DNA of 32,000 bases from Vibrio alginolyticus NBRC 15630 = ATCC 17749 (GTDB lineage Bacteria > Pseudomonadota > Gammaproteobacteria > Enterobacterales > Vibrionaceae): contig NC_022349.1 of NCBI RefSeq assembly GCF_000354175.2, positions 240,001 to 272,000 of the forward strand, read 5' to 3'. Each line of letters opens with the position of its first letter. The stretch's first letter is position 1. The translations under genes were made by a program, and so were the position numbers. Of the stretch, positions 27,043-32,000 are shown one piece after another. The notes beneath the pieces were generated by a model. The model was given only the letters and a program-made list of their open reading frames with translations, was not told the DNA's origin and ran no database searches.

Positions 27043-27654
27043 TTAATGATCGTTAAGCGTATGAAACCCTGAATAAATACGTGTAAAAGTAGTAAACCAG
27101 CATGCCGCGCCAAAGATATACGCGATGACGGCAAAGTGTTGCGGTAGCAAACAAAATAAAATCAAGCAGCCAATGGTTTCTGTACCTTCGGTTAAGCCGC
27201 TCATGTAGTAAAGCGATTTGTTTTTATATACCGGATTATCGATGCCTTGTTTTCCTGCCATGATGGCAAAAGCCAAAAAGCTACTACCAGTGCCGATGAA
27301 GGAAAAAATCAAAAATGCGCCTGCAACGGCATTGTGCTCTGGGTTGGCAAGCACAAAGCCAAAAGGAATCAACGAATAGAACAAAAAATCTAAGCTGATA
27401 TCAAGAAAACCACCCGCATCGGTAATGCCCTGAATCCTTGCCAGTGCTCCGTCTAACCCATCACAGATTCTGTTCAGCAAAATAAACAGCAACGCCAACA
27501 AGTACTGTTCGGCGATCAAAGCAGGCAGGGCAAAACAGCCAAGCACAAAACCAAATACTGTCGTCTGATTTGCAGTGATACCACATTTATCGATATATGT
27601 CGCACTGAGTGCCAGCGGTTTGCGGATGAGCTTTATACTCAGGCTATCAAGCAT
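27043..27654 (-). CDS. ynjF: CDP-alcohol phosphatidyltransferase family membrane protein (YnjF-like)
   Basis: Signature DGLDGALAR-x7-G-x3-D-x3-D (CDGLDGALARIQGITDAGGFLDISLD) and ~6 TM segments. The start overlaps the upstream ATPase gene by 8 nt. Confidence 0.75.
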   Translation of the reverse strand: MLDSLSIKLIRKPLALSATYIDKCGITANQTTVFGFVLGCFALPALIAEQYLLALLFILLNRICDGLDGALARIQGITDAGGFLDISLDFLFYSLIPFGFVLANPEHNAVAGAFLIFSFIGTGSSFLAFAIMAGKQGIDNPVYKNKSLYYMSGLTEGTETIGCLILFCLLPQHFAVIAYIFGAACWFTTFTRIYSGFHTLNDH

Positions 27655-28294
27655 GATTTGTCTCCCACGGCCAGTTTATGCAGCGGCTGCCATCAGGAAT
27701 ATCGTCTTCATCGTGCGTTACCATCAAAGTAGGGATGTTCGCTTGCTGCAATTGTTCGACCACCCAATTGCGAAATTGTACACGCAGGTCTTTATCCAAC
27801 TTGCTATAGGGCTCATCAAGTAGCGCAACTTTCGGCTTTGCTAGCAGCATACGAGTCAATGAGATACGGGCGCGTTGCCCTCCCGAGATTTGGTCAGGAA
27901 AGGACTCTGCTAGCTTGGTCAATGAAATGTTCTTCAGTGCTTGCATGGCGTGAGCTTTACGCTCTTCACCTTTGATTGAGTTTGGTAGCGCGAAGGCAAG
28001 GTTCTCCCACACCGTTAAATGAGGGAAGAGCAAATCTTCTTGGAACAGAATACCGACCTGACGCTTATGGGCAGGGAGGGCATCCAACTTTTCGTTATCA
28101 AGCGTAATGGCTCCAGAGTAATTGAACTCGGCGGATAGGTGCCCGGCAATGGCATCCAACAAAGTGGATTTACCACAACCGCTAGGCCCCATCAGGGTAA
28201 CGATTTCACCTTTTTCTACGGTCATATTAAACGCCGAGAAAAGCGCGTCGCCATTGGTTTTACGGATGGCGAGGTTTTCGAGACAAAGACTCAT
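27647..28294 (-). CDS. ynjD: ABC transporter ATP-binding protein (YnjD-like)
   Basis: Walker A GPSGCGKST, signature ISGGQRARIS and Walker B VALLDEP. 215 aa. Confidence 0.8.
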   Translation of the reverse strand: MSLCLENLAIRKTNGDALFSAFNMTVEKGEIVTLMGPSGCGKSTLLDAIAGHLSAEFNYSGAITLDNEKLDALPAHKRQVGILFQEDLLFPHLTVWENLAFALPNSIKGEERKAHAMQALKNISLTKLAESFPDQISGGQRARISLTRMLLAKPKVALLDEPYSKLDKDLRVQFRNWVVEQLQQANIPTLMVTHDEDDIPDGSRCINWPWETNHA

Positions 28295-29969
28295 TCAGTA
28301 GTAAACCTTTTATAGACAAGCGGCGATACGTCCTGTGCAAGTGGCTAAGCAGTATCGCAAAAGAGAAGAACATGAATGGCAGCAGAGCTTGCCAAATGGC
28401 GTAAATAGCGGTGACACGTCGGTCAAAACCACTGGATAGTGCAACGGCTTCGGTTGTGATGGTGCTAATGCGCCCAGCCCCTAGCACTAATGTAGGTAGG
28501 TATTGCGCTAGGCTGACACTAATACCGACAGCCCACGCGAATGCAATCGCAGGTAGGAGGATTGGCAGTTTCACTTTTAACCAAGCTTGCATCGGTGTTT
28601 TACCCAAGCTGAGTGCGACGCGAGTTAAGCTGTTATCGAAGCTGCGCCACGGCCCGTCTAGCGAGAGGTAAATAAATGGGAATGCGAAGAACACATGCGC
28701 CCAGCATACCCAAAAGAAATACGCGTTACTGTTTAAGTACAGTGTTACCACTTGCATACCGAATAGCACCGATAATTGAGGAATCAGCATCGGGATGGCG
28801 ATGATGTAACCGGGTATCTGCCAGCGATAACGAAGGCGATACTCATGTGCTATTAAAGCAAGAACTAGCGCGATAGTCGCGCTGATCAGGGCGATTGACA
28901 TACTTTGCTCTAGAGTCCCTAGAATACTGTGCCATTCGTATTCCCAAAAACGCAGGCTGTAACGGCTTGGGAGCAAATCTGGAAAGCGCCAACGTTGAGC
29001 AAAGCTCCACAGCACCATGAGTGGAATCATTAGAAGTGCAAGTAGCGCAATCAGTGAAAATAGGGTTTTACCGGGTAAACGAAACCCGTTTCGACCAGAG
29101 TACTGCCAGCGTTTGAAGCCTTTGGTCGTTAACCATTCCACCAATCGAGCGAAACCAATCAAAAGACTAGCCATCACAAACAGTATTACTGCGCCAGCGG
29201 CCGCTCTTGGTAGGAGCGATAAATCTGGATCGTTAAACCATTGCCATACCAAAACCGCAAACGTCGGCGGGTTGGTAGGGCCAATAATCAGGGCGACATC
29301 GACAACGGACAAACTGTAAGCCAATACCGCCAGCATTGGGAAACGAAGTTTTGCTAACCATTGCGGAAATACGCATTTCCACCACGCTTGCGCCGAACTA
29401 TAGCCCATCGAGTGACTGACTTTTTCAACCTTATCGACTTTCAATTGCTGAAGGATCGGAATACTCATCAACAATAAAAACGGCACTTCTTTAATCGCAA
29501 GCATGATGACCAAACCGAGTGCATGTGGGTCTTTAATCAACAATGCTAAGTCATTCACCGTTTGTGCATTCGGGTCGTAACCAAACAGTTGGTTGAGAAC
29601 ACGAACGCCCATACCAGTTGGGGCAAACAAGAACGCAAAGCCAATTGCAAACGCGACGTGCGGCATCGCGAGAAGTGGGGAAAGGCTAACTTCAATTTTT
29701 CGCCAAAACTTGCTGCCCCAAGACGCCTGTAGAATGGCAAACGTGATGAAGCAAGCCAAGTAGCTACTGAAAATGGCGGAGTAGAAAGTAAGCCCGATGG
29801 ATGTCCAAACACCTTCCCAATCAAAGACGGCATTGAAGCCATCAAAAGAAAAGTGGTGTAGACCGATAGGAGGTACATAACCGAGCGCAGAGACCACCAC
29901 TCCAAGTAGTCCCGGAATGGTAGGCAAAATACAAACTGCGATAATGACTAAATACAGCGCTCTTAACAT
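28260..29969 (-). CDS. ynjC: Fused two-domain ABC importer permease (YnjC-like, ThiP/FbpB type)
   Basis: 569 aa with ~12 TM segments. Overlaps the ATPase gene by 35 nt and starts 9 nt after the binding-protein gene. Confidence 0.78.
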   Translation of the reverse strand: MLRALYLVIIAVCILPTIPGLLGVVVSALGYVPPIGLHHFSFDGFNAVFDWEGVWTSIGLTFYSAIFSSYLACFITFAILQASWGSKFWRKIEVSLSPLLAMPHVAFAIGFAFLFAPTGMGVRVLNQLFGYDPNAQTVNDLALLIKDPHALGLVIMLAIKEVPFLLLMSIPILQQLKVDKVEKVSHSMGYSSAQAWWKCVFPQWLAKLRFPMLAVLAYSLSVVDVALIIGPTNPPTFAVLVWQWFNDPDLSLLPRAAAGAVILFVMASLLIGFARLVEWLTTKGFKRWQYSGRNGFRLPGKTLFSLIALLALLMIPLMVLWSFAQRWRFPDLLPSRYSLRFWEYEWHSILGTLEQSMSIALISATIALVLALIAHEYRLRYRWQIPGYIIAIPMLIPQLSVLFGMQVVTLYLNSNAYFFWVCWAHVFFAFPFIYLSLDGPWRSFDNSLTRVALSLGKTPMQAWLKVKLPILLPAIAFAWAVGISVSLAQYLPTLVLGAGRISTITTEAVALSSGFDRRVTAIYAIWQALLPFMFFSFAILLSHLHRTYRRLSIKGLLLNESLSRKPRHP

Positions 29970-29978
29970 GGATTCTTA

Positions 29979-31139
29979 CTAATTCCCGTAGCGTTTCAAC
30001 CATTCTTTTTCCAACGCCGCTTGCCAACTTGGATGTGGCTCAGCGATGGATTTGAATTGTTGAGTGTTTTTGGCCGAACCAGTTAGGTATTGGTTGCTTA
30101 GTACCGAAGGGTCGCCCCAGATGTTTAGGTTACCTTTGCGAGACTGTGCTTCAGGGCTCAATAAAAAGTTTATCGCAACTTGTGCACCAGCACTGGCATT
30201 TGCGTTCCAAGGAATCGCTAAAAAGTGGATATTTGAGAGTGCTCCTGCGTCCATTGCGTACGCTTTGGTGCTCTCTGCAAGATTACCGCTCGACTGCGCA
30301 GAGAAAACCGCGTTCGGGTTAAAGGTAATCGCCAGGTCAGTCTGACCATCATCTAGTAGCTGAAGGGTTTCTGCTGTACCGCCTGGAAACTGCTTACCAC
30401 CGCGCCAAGCGACTTTATGGAACTCATCTAGATAAGACCACAGCGGTTGAGTGACTTGTTCAAACGTGTCATCGGTAATTGGTTGTTGCAGCTCAGGGGC
30501 GTTGTTAGACAGTTCAATGAGTAATGCTTTGATAAAGCTTGTGCCATGAAACTCTGGTGGTCGAGGGTAAGTCAGGCGATTCGGGAACGCTTTTGCATAG
30601 CTCAGCATTTCTGAGAATGATTTTGGAGGGTTATGGAGGGTTTGCTCGTCATGGATAAACACTAATTGTCCTACTCCCCAAGGTGCTTCTAGACCTTCTG
30701 TTGGCTCGGAGAAGTCCACATCAATTGGTAGAGATTTATCCACATATTGCCAGCTTGGCAAACCTTCGACAAAAGGACCAAATAGCAATTGGTTATCCTT
30801 CATTGATTTGAAGTTTTCGCCATTGATCCAAACCATATCAACACTACCACCGCTGTTTTTGCCTGCCGCTTTTTCTGCGATAAGTCGAGTAGTGGTCTCA
30901 GAAATATCAGTTACTTTAACGTGGTTTAGCGTCACGTTATAACGTGATTTTAGCTCTCTACTCGCCCACTGTATGTAGCGATTAATTTCTTGGCTCCCGC
31001 CCCAAGCATGAAAGTAGACGGATTGCCCGTCGGCTTGCTGTTCGATTTTTTGCCATTCGCTATTCACTGATGAATCGGCAAAAGAAGGTGTCGCAAAAGT
31101 CGTGGCTAAAATGCCAATGCTGCTGAGTAGCTTTTTCAT
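29979..31139 (-). CDS. ynjB: Periplasmic substrate-binding protein of the ABC importer (YnjB-like)
   Basis: Signal peptide MKKLLSSIGILATTFATPSFA. 386-aa soluble binding-protein-like sequence. First gene of the four-gene cluster. Confidence 0.75.
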   Translation of the reverse strand: MKKLLSSIGILATTFATPSFADSSVNSEWQKIEQQADGQSVYFHAWGGSQEINRYIQWASRELKSRYNVTLNHVKVTDISETTTRLIAEKAAGKNSGGSVDMVWINGENFKSMKDNQLLFGPFVEGLPSWQYVDKSLPIDVDFSEPTEGLEAPWGVGQLVFIHDEQTLHNPPKSFSEMLSYAKAFPNRLTYPRPPEFHGTSFIKALLIELSNNAPELQQPITDDTFEQVTQPLWSYLDEFHKVAWRGGKQFPGGTAETLQLLDDGQTDLAITFNPNAVFSAQSSGNLAESTKAYAMDAGALSNIHFLAIPWNANASAGAQVAINFLLSPEAQSRKGNLNIWGDPSVLSNQYLTGSAKNTQQFKSIAEPHPSWQAALEKEWLKRYGN

Positions 31140-31518
31140 ATCTATTCCGTGTTATGTCTTTTGGTTCTTGCTTTCGTTTCTATTGACGTTTTCGCAAGTC
31201 GTTCCGCTCTGTTACAAGGATAGTAATTCATCTCTCTCTATTATCAATGCCAATCCCAAACGGAATCACTCATTGATTCAAAGAATTACTCTCAATGTGA
31301 AGCAAAACGAATAAAGGACAAATTTGGTGTCATTTTAGGAGCGGACCGTTTGTTTAAGGATATTCTTTCAAGTAATTGAAAATTATTGTCCCCAGAGATA
31401 TGAATAGGTTGTTTTACAGAGCAAAATTGATGTCTAAAGCATGGAATTGAGGGCGAAAAGAGAAAGAAAGTTGGCCATTTAAATGACTTTAGCATGCATG
31501 ACTAACGATTCATCGATA

Positions 31519-31546
31519 TAAAAAAAGCAGCCGTTTGGCTGCTTTA
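31519..31546 (-). terminator. Rho-independent terminator of hslJ (A-tract and T-tract flanked, possibly bidirectional)
   Basis: AAAGCAGCC-gttt-GGCTGCTTT with a flanking A-run, which gives a T-run on the minus strand. Confidence 0.8.
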
Positions 31547-31574
31547 AGATACTATCTGGTTTACTTAGTTGGGA

Positions 31575-32000
31575 TTAGTTTACCCAGTCACGTAGTGTAA
31601 ACGTCAATTCGTGATCGGCACTTTTCAGAACAAGACCATCTTTAGTTAGCGTGATATCGCTCCAGTTAGATAGTGTTTGTGTCATTGCGTTTTCGATCTT
31701 CATTTGATCTTCCATACACATCTTCATGGTCATGCCCATTTTTTCGATGCGTAGTTGGTTGTTTTTCAGCTCGGCTTGACCGAAGAAGTTGTTACAACCT
31801 GCGTTGCCGTTTGCGGTTAGATTTTCACCGATTTCTAGGCGAGCCGCTTTTTGGTGTTCGTCTAGAACGATATTTTTGCCATCAACTTGAACAAGTTCCC
31901 AGTTGTGGTGCTGCAAATCTTGAGCCGTTATTTCTTTCACATCATCACCGTTGCTAGCACAAGCAGTCATAAGAACAGGGAGAGAGATTGCTGTAACTAA
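31575..32000 (-). CDS. hslJ: META-domain heat-shock lipoprotein HslJ (the N-terminal signal peptide runs off the window end)
   Basis: QDLQHHNWELVQVDGK...GCNNFFGQAELKNNQLRIEKMGMTMKMC resembles E. coli HslJ. The frame stays open upstream of the track Met (..LVTAISLPVLMTAC), giving a lipobox. Confidence 0.8.
   Translation of the reverse strand, partial: LVTAISLPVLMTACASNGDDVKEITAQDLQHHNWELVQVDGKNIVLDEHQKAARLEIGENLTANGNAGCNNFFGQAELKNNQLRIEKMGMTMKMCMEDQMKIENAMTQTLSNWSDITLTKDGLVLKSADHELTFTLRDWVN

Noticed and set aside
31140-31574. TPP riboswitch or CsrB-like GGA-rich sRNA upstream of the ThiBPQ-like transporter.
   Set aside because: The conserved TPP core sequences are absent. Only about four AGGA motifs occur, far fewer than in Csr-family sRNAs.
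1-32000. A window-wide search for CRISPR repeats, tandem arrays, IS or transposon ends, integrases, toxin-antitoxin pairs, or defence genes (nuclease, helicase or methylase clusters).
   Set aside because: I could not see any regularly spaced direct repeats or mobility or defence-type ORFs. All large ORFs have ordinary housekeeping or envelope functions.

Overview
The window reads as conserved gamma-proteobacterial core chromosome. Protein similarities and gene order suggest Vibrionaceae, but that is inference from memory, not a search. I found no rRNA or tRNA genes, CRISPR array, integrase, transposase, phage genes or defence-island signature. Nearly all of the sequence is covered by 26 well-supported genes.

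Gene order, left to right:
- sapDCBA (minus strand; sapD is cut by the window start)
- pspF, divergent from pspABC, with a sigma-54 promoter, an enhancer palindrome and an IHF-like site
- an RND efflux operon with two tandem lipoprotein adaptors plus the pump (vexIJK-like)
- tag
- lipase plus its Lif foldase
- metC
- cls
- an NSS/SNF sodium symporter
- an RluA-family pseudouridine synthase plus a COG1092-type SAM methyltransferase
- hcr, hcp and norR (minus strand), with a sigma-54 promoter and repeated NorR-type boxes
- a SlyB-like glycine-zipper lipoprotein
- a ynjB-ynjC-ynjD ABC importer translationally coupled to a ynjF-like CDP-alcohol phosphatidyltransferase
- hslJ (cut by the window end)

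Several longest ORFs in the track appear over-extended at the 5' end (pspF, pspC, metC, hcr, hcp, the slyB-like gene). I give the better-supported starts.

The most interesting candidates are:
- the uncharacterised transporter plus phosphatidyltransferase operon
- the four-copy TTGATGT-N7-AC motif bracketing norR, with a sigma-54 promoter in front of hcp-hcr
- a TyrR-type box in front of the NSS transporter
- a roughly 120-bp highly self-complementary intergenic element

None of these is a demonstrably new system on sequence alone. Hand-located motif coordinates may be off by 1-2 nt.
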